Source of the DNA: Bacteroidia bacterium
Lineage (GTDB): Bacteria; Bacteroidota; Bacteroidia; AKYH767-A; 2013-40CM-41-45
Direction: 5' to 3'
Assembly: GCA_035438225.1 (NCBI GenBank)
Contig: DAORHY010000002.1
Coordinates: forward strand, 1 to 40,186
Length of the DNA: 40,186 nt
A program made the position numbers and the translations under genes. The notes beneath the pieces are model-generated. The model searched no databases and was not told the origin of the DNA. It saw nothing but the letters and a program-made list of their open reading frames with translations. Below, piece by piece: positions 18,586-28,126 of this stretch (the first letter of the stretch is position 1; the number at the start of each line of letters is the position of its first letter).

Positions 18586-18942
18586 ATGAAAAAAATTTAT
18601 CACCTCAGCACCTGTTCTACCTGTCAGCGCATCCTCAAGGAAATCAAGCCCGGGAAAGAGGTTGTATTGCAGGACATCAAGACTGAAAAAATCACGGCTG
18701 TGCAGCTTGACGAGATGATCCGGCTTGCAGGTTCCGCCGAAGCGCTGTTCAGCCGCGTCGCCCTGAAATACAGGAGCCTCGGACTCAACAAACTCTCTCT
18801 GACTGAAAAAGATTACCGGAAATACATTCTCGAAGAATACACTTTCCTCAAACGTCCGGTAGTGATCATCGGGAAAGAAATATTTATCGGGAACTCGAAG
18901 CAGGTGGTGTCCCTTGCAAAAACAGCATTGAAAAACACGTAA
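18586..18942 (+). CDS. ArsC/Spx/YffB-family thioredoxin-fold protein (118 aa)
   Basis: MKKIYHLSTCSTCQRI...LKRPVVIIGKEIFIG carries the N-terminal CxxC-like motif and has the length typical of arsenate-reductase-family proteins. ATG 18586 is preferred over the ORF-track start at 18469. Confidence 0.8.
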   Translation: MKKIYHLSTCSTCQRILKEIKPGKEVVLQDIKTEKITAVQLDEMIRLAGSAEALFSRVALKYRSLGLNKLSLTEKDYRKYILEEYTFLKRPVVIIGKEIFIGNSKQVVSLAKTALKNT

Positions 18943-18949
18943 TTAAAAA

Positions 18950-19846
18950 ATGCCGGAACACCGAAAGGCGCACGTATCCATCTTCCTTGCTAACCTGATC
19001 TATGGCGCGAACTTCAGTATTGCTAAAATTGCGATGCCACAGTACATTTCTCCGTCAGCATTTATTTTACTGCGTGTATTGTGTGCAACCGGACTTTTCT
19101 TCCTGCTCGACCGCGGCCACACGGACAGGAAGCCGGTAGAGCGCAAAGACTATCTGCGTTTTTTTGAGTTGGGCTTGTTTGGTGTTGCGATCAACCAACT
19201 TTTATTTTTTGAAGGACTGTCCCGCACATCCAACATCAATGCCGCTTTGATCATGACATCAACACCCATCCTGGTCACACTGATGGCATTTTTATTCCTG
19301 AAAGAACACCTGAAATGGATACAATCGGGCGGGATCGCGCTGGGACTTGCCGGTGCAGTGACCCTGATCCTGCACTATCAGACCAGCACAGGAAAGGCAA
19401 CGGCTATCGGCGACCTGATGATTTTTATCAACGCTGCTTCCTATGCACTTTACATGGTACGGGCAAAAAGGATGATGAAAAAATACGACACCTGGCAGGT
19501 CATCAAATGGACCTTTGTGTTTGGGTTACTGTTGGTCATCCCCTTCGGTGCTCCGGGCCTGACAAAGGTTGAATGGCAGACGTTTACACCTGCAGTATGG
19601 TCAGCAGTGGCATTCGTACTGATCTTTACGACATTTTTTGCTTACCTGTTCAATACCTATGGCCTGAAACACCTTTCTCCATCAGTCGTTAGTTTTTACA
19701 TTTATCTCCAGCCGCTCTTTGCCACCCTCATTTCGCTTTTGATCACACATGAAAGTATTGGTCCGGTGCAGGTCCTGGCGTGTATACTTATCTTTGCAGG
19801 AGTTTATCTCGTGAATGCCCCTGCACTTGGTAAAGCCAAATCTTAA
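18950..19846 (+). CDS. DMT-superfamily (EamA-like) transporter
   Basis: The 298-aa protein has about 10 predicted TM segments in the duplicated EamA architecture. It starts 7 bp after the preceding gene. Confidence 0.85.
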   Translation: MPEHRKAHVSIFLANLIYGANFSIAKIAMPQYISPSAFILLRVLCATGLFFLLDRGHTDRKPVERKDYLRFFELGLFGVAINQLLFFEGLSRTSNINAALIMTSTPILVTLMAFLFLKEHLKWIQSGGIALGLAGAVTLILHYQTSTGKATAIGDLMIFINAASYALYMVRAKRMMKKYDTWQVIKWTFVFGLLLVIPFGAPGLTKVEWQTFTPAVWSAVAFVLIFTTFFAYLFNTYGLKHLSPSVVSFYIYLQPLFATLISLLITHESIGPVQVLACILIFAGVYLVNAPALGKAKS

Positions 19847-19879
19847 CGTATTTTTGTTCGCTCGTTTAACCCCACACCC

Positions 19880-20752
19880 ATGATTCGCTCCATGACCGGG
19901 TTCGGTAATGCAACTATCGAACACAGGAACAAGACCATTTCCGTCGAAATCAAATCGGTCAACAGCAAATTTTTTGATCTGACCCTGCGTTTGCCTTCCC
20001 TTTACCGTGAAAAAGAATTTGAAATTCGCGGCGATCTCAGCAGGCAGCTGGAACGCGGGAAAGTCGAGTGCACCATTTCGGTCGAATCACAGGAAGCACC
20101 AAAGAAAAGCAGCATCAATGCTTTTTTGGTAAAAGCCTATTACGAAGAATTAAAATCAATTTCTGACGACCTGAAATTGCCGCCGGCAAATTTCCTGAAA
20201 ATAATTCTCGGTCTGCCGGATGTTTTGAATACGGAAAAAAATCAGCTCGATGAAGAAGAATGGAATGCCGTGAAACTCACGATCGGGAAGGCCGTTGCCG
20301 CTTTTCAGGAGTTTCGAAAAATGGAAGGCCAGAGCCTTACAAAAGACCTGGAAGAACGTATTGAGGCAATTGAAAAAGGGTTGACGGAGCTGGAACCATT
20401 TGAAGCAGGACGCATAGAGCTGGTCAGAAAACGGCTGGAGATGAATCTTGAAGAATTCATCCAGGTAAACAACATTGACAGGAACCGCCTCGAACAGGAA
20501 CTGATATTTTACATTGAGAAATATGATATTTCTGAAGAAAAAGTGCGGCTGAAAAGTCACCTGAATTATTTTCTGAAAACCATGAAAGACGACCCGTCCG
20601 GCGGGAAAAAACTTTCCTTCATCGGACAGGAAATCGGACGTGAAGTGAATACCATCGGATCCAAAGCGAATGATGCAAATATGCAAAAAGCCGTTGTGGG
20701 GATGAAAGACGAACTGGAAAGGATCAAAGAACAGGTGCTGAATATTCTCTGA
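19880..20752 (+). CDS. yicC: YicC/YloC-family stress-induced protein (endoribonuclease family)
   Basis: The MIRSMTGFG N-terminus and the C-terminal GQEIGREVNTIGSKAN...MKDELERIKEQVLNI are hallmarks of TIGR00255/YicC. Confidence 0.9.
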   Translation: MIRSMTGFGNATIEHRNKTISVEIKSVNSKFFDLTLRLPSLYREKEFEIRGDLSRQLERGKVECTISVESQEAPKKSSINAFLVKAYYEELKSISDDLKLPPANFLKIILGLPDVLNTEKNQLDEEEWNAVKLTIGKAVAAFQEFRKMEGQSLTKDLEERIEAIEKGLTELEPFEAGRIELVRKRLEMNLEEFIQVNNIDRNRLEQELIFYIEKYDISEEKVRLKSHLNYFLKTMKDDPSGGKKLSFIGQEIGREVNTIGSKANDANMQKAVVGMKDELERIKEQVLNIL

Positions 20753-20754
20753 GG

Positions 20755-21321
20755 ATGATGCAAGGGAAATTGTTATTGTTTTGTGGGCCATCCGGCAGTG
20801 GTAAGACAACTATTGTGCATCATCTCCTGCAACAAAATCCAAAGATTGAATTCTCCGTATCCGCAACAACACGCCCCCAAAGAACCAATGAAATTGACGG
20901 AAAAGATTATCATTTCATCAGCGTGGAAGAGTTTAAAAAGCGAATCGCCAACGATGAATTTGTAGAATGGGAGGAAGTCTATACCGACCGTTTTTACGGA
21001 ACCTTAAAATCCGAAATCGACAGAATCTGGAGCGAACAAAAGGTTGCAATTTTTGATGTGGATGTTGAAGGAGGTTTAAAAATAAAAAAGATATTCGGAC
21101 AAATGTTGCTGGCGGTTTTTGTCATGCCGCCTTCGGTAGAAGCCCTGCATCAGCGACTCAAAACAAGAAATTCTGAAACGGCAGAATCCTTCAAAGCCCG
21201 CATCGCGAAATCTGAACATGAAATCACATATGCATTCCGCTTTGACAAAGTAATCATTAATGATGACCTCCCGAATGCACTCGCGGAAGCGGAACGACTG
21301 GTTGAAGAGTTTTTAAAGTAA
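20755..21321 (+). CDS. gmk: Guanylate kinase
   Basis: It has the P-loop GPSGSGKTT followed by SATTRPQRTNEIDGKDYHF. The protein is 188 aa and starts 2 bp after the yicC stop. Confidence 0.95.
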   Translation: MMQGKLLLFCGPSGSGKTTIVHHLLQQNPKIEFSVSATTRPQRTNEIDGKDYHFISVEEFKKRIANDEFVEWEEVYTDRFYGTLKSEIDRIWSEQKVAIFDVDVEGGLKIKKIFGQMLLAVFVMPPSVEALHQRLKTRNSETAESFKARIAKSEHEITYAFRFDKVIINDDLPNALAEAERLVEEFLK

Positions 21322-21398
21322 GTTTCCGGTGGTTGGCAGAGAACAAAAATGCACAACTTTAATCTTTGAAACCCGAACAATTAACCCGAAACCAAAAT

Positions 21399-21971
21399 AT
21401 GAAAATCGGTCTCTATTTCGGCTCCTTCAACCCGGTTCATAATGGACACATGGTGATTGCAGGATACATGGCCGAATTCACGGATCTTGACCAGGTCTGG
21501 TTCATTGTTTCACCCCACAATCCGCTGAAAGCAAAACACAGCCTGCTTCAGGATTACCACAGGCTTGCCCTGGTAAAACTTGCCATCGGCGACAACCGGA
21601 AACTGAAAGCTTCAGATATAGAATTCAAATTGCCGCGTCCGAGTTATACGATTCACACACTGGCTTACTTGCAGGAAAAACATCCCGAACATCAGTTCGT
21701 ACTGCTCTTGGGCAGCGATAATATTGAAACTTTTCACAAGTGGAAAAATTACGTGCAGATTCTTGATGGTTACGAGTTGTATGTTTACCCGAGAGACGGG
21801 AACCGAAGCAGTGAATTGTTTTCCCATCCAAAAGTAAAACTCGTCGATGCCCCGCGCATGGAGCTTTCCTCCACTTTTATCCGCGATGCCATAAAAAACA
21901 AGAAAGACGTCCGCTACATGATGCCCGAATCCGTTTGGGCATATGTGGAGGAGATGGGGTTTTACAAATAA
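21399..21971 (+). CDS. nadD: Nicotinate-nucleotide adenylyltransferase
   Basis: MKIGLYFGSFNPVHNGH contains the HxGH nucleotidyltransferase motif, and ISSTFIR-like SSTFIRDAI lies near the C-terminus. ATG 21399 is preferred over the TTG at 21366. Confidence 0.9.
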   Translation: MKIGLYFGSFNPVHNGHMVIAGYMAEFTDLDQVWFIVSPHNPLKAKHSLLQDYHRLALVKLAIGDNRKLKASDIEFKLPRPSYTIHTLAYLQEKHPEHQFVLLLGSDNIETFHKWKNYVQILDGYELYVYPRDGNRSSELFSHPKVKLVDAPRMELSSTFIRDAIKNKKDVRYMMPESVWAYVEEMGFYK

Positions 21972-22208
21972 GATCCGGGGTTCAGGGTAAAAAACCTGCT
22001 TTTAAAGATACAAGGACTTTGGGATAATCCATCTTTCATCGAATTGTCATGGTTTGTAAAATAAATGACTGGATATGTTGGTTTTAAAAAACTCAAAAAA
22101 GGTGCGAAATTTTTAAACAACAAAAACTCCAAAACCAAATCTCGTTCGCATTGAAATCCCGGTTTCGAATCGTTTGTACTTCGGGAATAAAACGCCTACG
22201 TTTGCGGC

Positions 22209-23360
22209 ATGGAAAAAGAATATTCATTCGGCACCCGAGCGATACATGCAGGGCAGGAGCCTGATCCGACGACGGGCGCAATCATGACTCCGATTTACCA
22301 GACCTCCACCTATGTACAGGAGCGTCCGGGGAAACACAAAGGTTATGCGTATGCACGCGGGAAAAACCCGACACGTGTAGCACTGGAAAAATGCATCGCG
22401 TCGCTGGAAAACGCCAAACACGGTTTATGCTTTTCCAGTGGACAAGGCGCAGAGGATGCCATCATTAAATTGTGCCGCCCCGGAGATGAAGTGATTGCCA
22501 CCGATGACCTGTATGGCGGTTCTTACCGGATGTTTACCAAAGTCTTTGCTCATTTTGGTATTGTTTTCCATTTCGTGAACATGCATGATGCTTCGGAAAT
22601 CCGCAAACACATCAATGCGAAAACGAAGATGATCTGGGTGGAAACACCGACGAATCCGATCATGAAGATAATTGACATCAAGGCCTGCGCTGCCATTGCC
22701 AAAGAGAAAAACCTGCTCCTGGTTGTTGACAATACTTTTGCCTCTCCGTATCTCCAGAATCCCCTTGATTTGGGTGCATCCATTGTTGTCCATTCTGCTA
22801 CAAAATATCTTGGCGGACACAGCGATGTCGTGATGGGCGCCTTGTGTACAAATGATGATAAAACATACGAAGAGCTGGCTTTCATTGCGAATTCCTGCGG
22901 AGCTACTCCGGGGCCAATGGACAGTTTTCTTGTCCTCCGCGGACTGAAAACCCTGCATGTCCGCATGGACCGTCATTGCAGCAACGGCAAAGCCATTGCC
23001 GGTTTCCTGAAAGAGCACCCGAAAGTGGACAAAATTTACTGGCCCGGCTTCCCCGACCATCCCAACCATGCTATTGCGAAAACACAAATGAAGGATTTTG
23101 GAGGAATGATCTCCTTCACTTTGAAAGGAAATTCGATGGAAGAAGCGTTTGATATGGCATCCAGAACCAAAGTGTTTTCCCTTGCTGAATCACTCGGAGG
23201 TGTTGAGTCTCTCATTGGCCATCCGGCTTCAATGACCCATGCTTCGATTCCCAGGGAAGTTCGGGAAAAATCCGGTGTACTGGATTCCCTGTTACGTCTC
23301 AGTGTCGGCATCGAAGACGTAAACGACCTGATTGAAGACCTGCGGCAGGCCATTGGCTGA
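22209..23360 (+). CDS. Cys/Met-metabolism PLP-dependent enzyme (cystathionine gamma-synthase / beta- or gamma-lyase family)
   Basis: The 383-aa protein has TRAIHAGQEPDPTTGAIMTPIYQTSTY, the PLP-lysine motif SATKYLGGHSD, and a C-terminal LRLSVGIEDVNDLIEDL. Confidence 0.9.
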   Translation: MEKEYSFGTRAIHAGQEPDPTTGAIMTPIYQTSTYVQERPGKHKGYAYARGKNPTRVALEKCIASLENAKHGLCFSSGQGAEDAIIKLCRPGDEVIATDDLYGGSYRMFTKVFAHFGIVFHFVNMHDASEIRKHINAKTKMIWVETPTNPIMKIIDIKACAAIAKEKNLLLVVDNTFASPYLQNPLDLGASIVVHSATKYLGGHSDVVMGALCTNDDKTYEELAFIANSCGATPGPMDSFLVLRGLKTLHVRMDRHCSNGKAIAGFLKEHPKVDKIYWPGFPDHPNHAIAKTQMKDFGGMISFTLKGNSMEEAFDMASRTKVFSLAESLGGVESLIGHPASMTHASIPREVREKSGVLDSLLRLSVGIEDVNDLIEDLRQAIG

Positions 23361-23555
23361 TTTTTTAGTCAAAAACAAAGGAATCACGCTATAAAATACA
23401 AGCTAACAGGTTCGTAAAACGCCTTGTAAAATTGGTCAGAAAAGTGTCATAAGCACTGAAGATCAGAGCCGGAAAGTGATTTTTTCGCTACCTTTGAATT
23501 CTTCGGTTTTTACTCCAGAGATTCCCAAAAATCATTCTAAAATTTATACCCAATC

Positions 23556-25625
23556 ATGAAAAAATCACTACTTGCTCTCGCATTGTCCCTCACCATTGGC
23601 TGGACAGCAAATGGGCAAGAACGAAAAACCTGTGTAACGGACGAAGTGTACCGGGAAACAATCCAAAAGCATCCGGAACTCCTGTTGCAGCAACAGGAAC
23701 TGGAACAATTTACGTCCCGCTTTGTGCAGGAAAACAAAACTCAGCGGACAGCAGGCGGAGGTATCGCATATGTCATTCCCGTTGTATTCCACATCATTCA
23801 TAATTATGGCCCGGAAAATATTTCCGATGCACAGGTGATCGATGCTGTCAGGGTGATGAACCTCGACTACAGTAAACTGAATGCGGACACCACCGCAATT
23901 GTTCCTTCTTTTCAAGGCATCGCTGCGAATTGTCAGATTGAATTCCGCCTCGCCAACATAGATCCCCAGGGAAATTGCACCAATGGCATCGACCGCGTGG
24001 TTTCTTCGCTCACCATGAATGCCGACGATAATGCAAAATTAAATCCATGGCCCTATCAGAATTACCTGAATATCTGGGTCATCAATACCTTCTCTTCTTC
24101 TCATTCCGGCGCTGCGGCGTATGCGTATTACCCCGGTGCGGCTTTCCCTGCAAATAAAGACGGCGTTATCGCCCGCTATGATTATGTGGGCAGTATCGGC
24201 GCCAGCAGTCCGAACAACTCACGCACACTCACGCACGAAGCCGGACATTGCCTGAATCTTGCTCATCCCTGGGGAAGCACCAATCAACCGGGTGTTGCCT
24301 GCGGCGGAACAGATAACGTTTCCGATACACCGGAAACACAAGGCTGGACATCCTGCAACCTTAGCGGCTCAGTGTGTAATCCTCCTGTGATTGAAAACGT
24401 TCAAAACTTTATGGAGTATTCTTACTGTGATGTAATGTTCACAGAAGGCCAGAAGGCACGTATGCATGCTGCACTCAACTCTTCCGTTGGCTCCCGCAAT
24501 AACCTGTGGTCACTTGGAAACCTCACTGCAACAGGAACGGATGGCTCCCCAACACAAGTGTGTATTCCAAATACCGACTTTGAAGCTGACGAGATCACTG
24601 TCTGTGCTGGTGCCACTGTTAACTTCCACGATCTGTGCTGGAACGGTGATCCTACGTCCTGGTCCTGGGATTTTCCGGGAGGAACACCGTCCACATCCAC
24701 GGATTCTTTTCCTGCTGTCGTTTACAACACGGCAGGTACGTATGATGTCACCCTCACCGCTTCCAATTCTGCAGGCTCCAGTTCTTTCACACGGACTGCT
24801 TACGTTCGTGTTTCCGGGCCGCCTTCTCAGGTGATTCCGTTTACCGAAAGCTTTGAAGTGCCCGCATCCTTCCCGGGGACAGATGGTTATGTCATCAATC
24901 CCGACAACGGGACAACCTGGACGCGCGTGACAACCGCCGCCAGTTCCGGCACGGCTTCCATCCGAATTAACAATTACACCAATACCAGCGGACAAGTGGA
25001 CCAGTGGATCACACCTGCTTTTGATTTTTCGAATGTGACCTTGCCTACGATGCATTTCACCGTGGCAAATGCTCAGCGAAACAGCGGCTCTGCCGACGAA
25101 CTCCGTGTTGCAGGATCCAATAACTGCGGACGCACCTGGAATTACCGGTACACCAAGTCCGGCGCCACACTGGCAACAGCCGGGATTGTCAGTACTTCCT
25201 TCACCCCGAATGCTAGTCAGTGGAGACAGGAAACTGCGAACCTGAATCCCTTTGCCCTGAAACCAAATGTCCGTTTCATGTTCGAAAACACCAGCGACAG
25301 GGGAAACAACACCTACATTGATTCCATCTTCATCACCGGAACATTTGTCGGCCTGGATGAGGTGGATGAAATCGAACTTGGTTTTGCATTGTACCCGAAT
25401 CCCAGTGCAGGAAAAACCACCGTTCAGTTCCTGCTCAATCAGGCACAAAAAGTTCAACTGGATGTCGTAGACATTACCGGACGTCTCGTTTCCTCTCTGG
25501 CAAACGACGACCTGAATGCCGGTCTGCACGAATACACGATTTCCATTCAGAATCCCGGAATTTATTTCGTGGACCTTGTTTCCGGCGGAAAACGCCACGT
25601 AAGGAAACTAATCATCTCCGAATAA
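23556..25625 (+). CDS. T9SS-secreted M43 (pappalysin-like) zinc metalloprotease with PKD and MAM-like domains, copy 1
   Basis: It has a signal peptide and the zinc motif HEAGHCLNLAH. A PKD-like segment follows (GATVNFHDLCWNGDPTSWSWDFPGGTPSTS...GTYDVTLTASN). The C-terminal LYPNPSAGKTTVQF...GIYFVDLVSGGKRHVRKLIISE is a T9SS sorting domain. Confidence 0.85.
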   Translation: MKKSLLALALSLTIGWTANGQERKTCVTDEVYRETIQKHPELLLQQQELEQFTSRFVQENKTQRTAGGGIAYVIPVVFHIIHNYGPENISDAQVIDAVRVMNLDYSKLNADTTAIVPSFQGIAANCQIEFRLANIDPQGNCTNGIDRVVSSLTMNADDNAKLNPWPYQNYLNIWVINTFSSSHSGAAAYAYYPGAAFPANKDGVIARYDYVGSIGASSPNNSRTLTHEAGHCLNLAHPWGSTNQPGVACGGTDNVSDTPETQGWTSCNLSGSVCNPPVIENVQNFMEYSYCDVMFTEGQKARMHAALNSSVGSRNNLWSLGNLTATGTDGSPTQVCIPNTDFEADEITVCAGATVNFHDLCWNGDPTSWSWDFPGGTPSTSTDSFPAVVYNTAGTYDVTLTASNSAGSSSFTRTAYVRVSGPPSQVIPFTESFEVPASFPGTDGYVINPDNGTTWTRVTTAASSGTASIRINNYTNTSGQVDQWITPAFDFSNVTLPTMHFTVANAQRNSGSADELRVAGSNNCGRTWNYRYTKSGATLATAGIVSTSFTPNASQWRQETANLNPFALKPNVRFMFENTSDRGNNTYIDSIFITGTFVGLDEVDEIELGFALYPNPSAGKTTVQFLLNQAQKVQLDVVDITGRLVSSLANDDLNAGLHEYTISIQNPGIYFVDLVSGGKRHVRKLIISE

Positions 25626-25645
25626 TAATCCAGTCTTCATTAATG

Positions 25646-25678
25646 AAAAAGCCCTCCCTGATTCGGAGGGCTTTTTTG
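25646..25678 (+). terminator. Rho-independent terminator between the two M43 paralogs
   Basis: The sequence is aaaaa-gccctcc-ctgattc-ggagggc-tttttt. Confidence 0.7.
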
Positions 25679-25833
25679 TTTAGAAACGGCGATTCCTGTC
25701 CACCAATAGCGTTTAAAGAATACGAAAATACACCCGATTGCTCCGGGGAGAAATTCAAAATATCTCTATCTTTGAAATCCCTGGTTTCTGCCCGGAAACA
25801 CCTGTCATTGATTCCCAAAATTTAGTATCAATC

Positions 25834-27897
25834 ATGAATGTATTAAGGCTTGCTCTTGTATTGTTTCTTTTGCTAAATTATACGACAAGAGGCCAGGAGC
25901 TGAAAACCTGTGCTACCACTGAAGTGTATAAGGAAGCTGTTAAAAAGCATCCGGAGATTTTAATGCAGCAGCAGGAACTGGAACAATTCACTGCACGGTA
26001 TGAACAGGAACACCGGAATCAACGTTCCGGCGGCGGCATTGCTTATGTCATACCGGTTGTGTTTCACATAGTACACAATTATGGACCTGAAAATATTTCC
26101 GATGAACAGGTATACGATGCCATCCGCGTGCTGAATGAAGATTACAGCAAACAAAATGCGGATACTACCATGATCGTTCCCTCTTTCCTGGGAATTGCAG
26201 GAAACAGCCAGATAGAATTCCGCCTGGCCAACAAGGATCCGCAGGGAAATTGTACAAATGGCATTGACCGCGTTGTATCCCCGCTCACCATGAGTGCAGA
26301 TGATGGTGCAAAATTAAATCCATGGCCCTACCAGAATTACCTGAATATCTGGGTCATCAATTCATTTGCCGGACCCATGGCGGGTGCAGCTGCATATGCT
26401 TATTATCCGGGCACAGCTTTTCCAACAAACGTAGACGGCATAATTTCGCTCTATAGTTATGTCGGTAGTATCGGCGCAAGTACCCTCAACAGATCCCGCG
26501 TCCTTACACACGAAGTCGGACATTATCTGAATCTTGCGCACGTCTGGGGAAGCACCAATCAACCGGGAGTTGCCTGCGGTGACGACGGCGTTTCCGATAC
26601 GCCCGAGACGAAGGGTTGGGTCAGTTGCAGCCTCAATGGCGCGGTCTGCAATCCTCCGATCGTTGAGAATGTTCAGAATTACATGGAATATTCCTATTGC
26701 GGCGTGATGTTCACTCAGGGACAGAAAACCCGCATGCATGCCGCTCTGAATTCATCCGCCGGTTCCCGATCCAGCTTGTGGACACAGGGCAACCTGACTG
26801 CAACAGGTACAGATGGTTTTTCTGCCCAGGTGTGCATTCCGAACACAGACTTTACTGCCGATGAAAATACCATCTGCACAGGAGCTACTGTTAACTTCCA
26901 CGATCTGTGCTGGAACGGCGACCCTACGGCCTGGTCCTGGGATTTTCCGGGAGGAACACCATCCACATCCACGGATTCTTTTCCAGCTGTTGTTTACAAC
27001 ACGGCAGGTACGTATGATGTCACCCTCACCGCTTCCAATTCTACAGGCTCCAGTTCTTTCACACGGACTGCTTATGTTCGTGTTTCGGGTACGCCATCGC
27101 AGAGTATTCCTTTCTCTGAAAGTTTTGAAGTACCTGCATCCTTCCCGGGGACGGACGGATATATTCTTAACCCGGACAACGGAGCAACCTGGACCCGTGT
27201 CACAACTGCCGCCAGTTCCGGTACTTCATCCATTCGCATGAACAACTATTCGAATAGCAGCGGACAGATTGACAAATGGTTCATGCCGCCAATGGATTTT
27301 TCAAATGTCACACAGCCAACCATGACTTTCAAAGTGGCGAATGCCCAACGCAACAGTTCTTCCGGTGATGAATTGCGGATCGCAGGTTCAATGAATTGCG
27401 GGCATACCTGGAATTATCGTTTCAGCAAATCCGGCGCTGTTCTGTCCACGGCGGGGATTGTGAGTACTGCTTTCACTCCGAATTCAAGTCAATGGCGACT
27501 GGAGCCTGTCACTCTGAATCCCTTTGCACTGAAACCCAACGTCCGTCTGATGTTTGAAAATATCAGCGACGGTGGTAACAATACGTATATTGATGAAATC
27601 AACATCAACGGCACACTCGTTGGTGTTGATGAAGTAGAAGATATCCAACTTGGATTTGCGTTGTACCCAAATCCGGCTGCTGGGCACACAACCGTTCAGT
27701 TCCTGCTCACAAAGAATCAGCATGTCCAAGTGGATGTAACCGATATCACCGGCCACCTCGTCTCCAGTGTGCTGAACGGAGATTTAAACAGCGGATTACA
27801 TGAGTACAAAATTTCAATTAACAGTCCGGGGATTTATTTCGTGGACCTTGTTTCCGGTGGCCGGCGTCATGTACGCAAATTGATCATCTCCGGGTGA
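25834..27897 (+). CDS. T9SS-secreted M43 zinc metalloprotease with PKD and MAM-like domains, copy 2 (tandem paralog)
   Basis: ATG 25834 gives the signal peptide MNVLRLALVLFLLLNYTTRGQ. The zinc motif is HEVGHYLNLAH. The protein is colinear with copy 1 over its whole length and has the same T9SS C-terminus (GIYFVDLVSGGRRHVRKLIISG). Confidence 0.85.
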   Translation: MNVLRLALVLFLLLNYTTRGQELKTCATTEVYKEAVKKHPEILMQQQELEQFTARYEQEHRNQRSGGGIAYVIPVVFHIVHNYGPENISDEQVYDAIRVLNEDYSKQNADTTMIVPSFLGIAGNSQIEFRLANKDPQGNCTNGIDRVVSPLTMSADDGAKLNPWPYQNYLNIWVINSFAGPMAGAAAYAYYPGTAFPTNVDGIISLYSYVGSIGASTLNRSRVLTHEVGHYLNLAHVWGSTNQPGVACGDDGVSDTPETKGWVSCSLNGAVCNPPIVENVQNYMEYSYCGVMFTQGQKTRMHAALNSSAGSRSSLWTQGNLTATGTDGFSAQVCIPNTDFTADENTICTGATVNFHDLCWNGDPTAWSWDFPGGTPSTSTDSFPAVVYNTAGTYDVTLTASNSTGSSSFTRTAYVRVSGTPSQSIPFSESFEVPASFPGTDGYILNPDNGATWTRVTTAASSGTSSIRMNNYSNSSGQIDKWFMPPMDFSNVTQPTMTFKVANAQRNSSSGDELRIAGSMNCGHTWNYRFSKSGAVLSTAGIVSTAFTPNSSQWRLEPVTLNPFALKPNVRLMFENISDGGNNTYIDEININGTLVGVDEVEDIQLGFALYPNPAAGHTTVQFLLTKNQHVQVDVTDITGHLVSSVLNGDLNSGLHEYKISINSPGIYFVDLVSGGRRHVRKLIISG

Positions 27898-28126
27898 TAC
27901 TGCCGTACTCAATTTTGAAAAGCCCCTTCATATCGGGAGGTTATTATTAGCAATCCACCAGATGTGCTGTTCTCACATTGTTACTGCTGACCCGGACAGG
28001 TGAAAACAACTATAAATCAGTCCAAAAGAAACATTTCATGAAATCTGTCCGTATTCTGCAATAAAATTTGATTCAAAATTGGGCATCTCCTTTTTTTTTT
28101 GAAGATTTGCCCGTTCTTTGTCCGAT

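Noticed and set aside
20156-20809. A 217-aa minus-strand ORF.
   Set aside because: It is antisense to yicC and to the gmk start. Its Phe/Ile-rich composition reflects the complement of a Lys/Glu-rich gene, so it is a shadow ORF.
21972-22208. A possible SAM riboswitch upstream of the trans-sulfuration PLP enzyme gene.
   Set aside because: No SAM-I, SAM-II or SAM-IV-like conserved helices or the characteristic junction sequences are visible. Only a trivial short hairpin lies near the start codon.
22425-23087. 220-aa and 138-aa minus-strand ORFs inside the PLP-enzyme gene.
   Set aside because: They are antisense to a full-length, motif-bearing Cys/Met-metabolism gene and have no independent support.
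24510-25598. A 362-aa ORF on the minus strand.
   Set aside because: It lies entirely antisense to the well-supported M43 protease gene. It is Gly/Arg/Cys-rich with no recognisable motif, so it is a typical shadow ORF of a GC-rich coding region.
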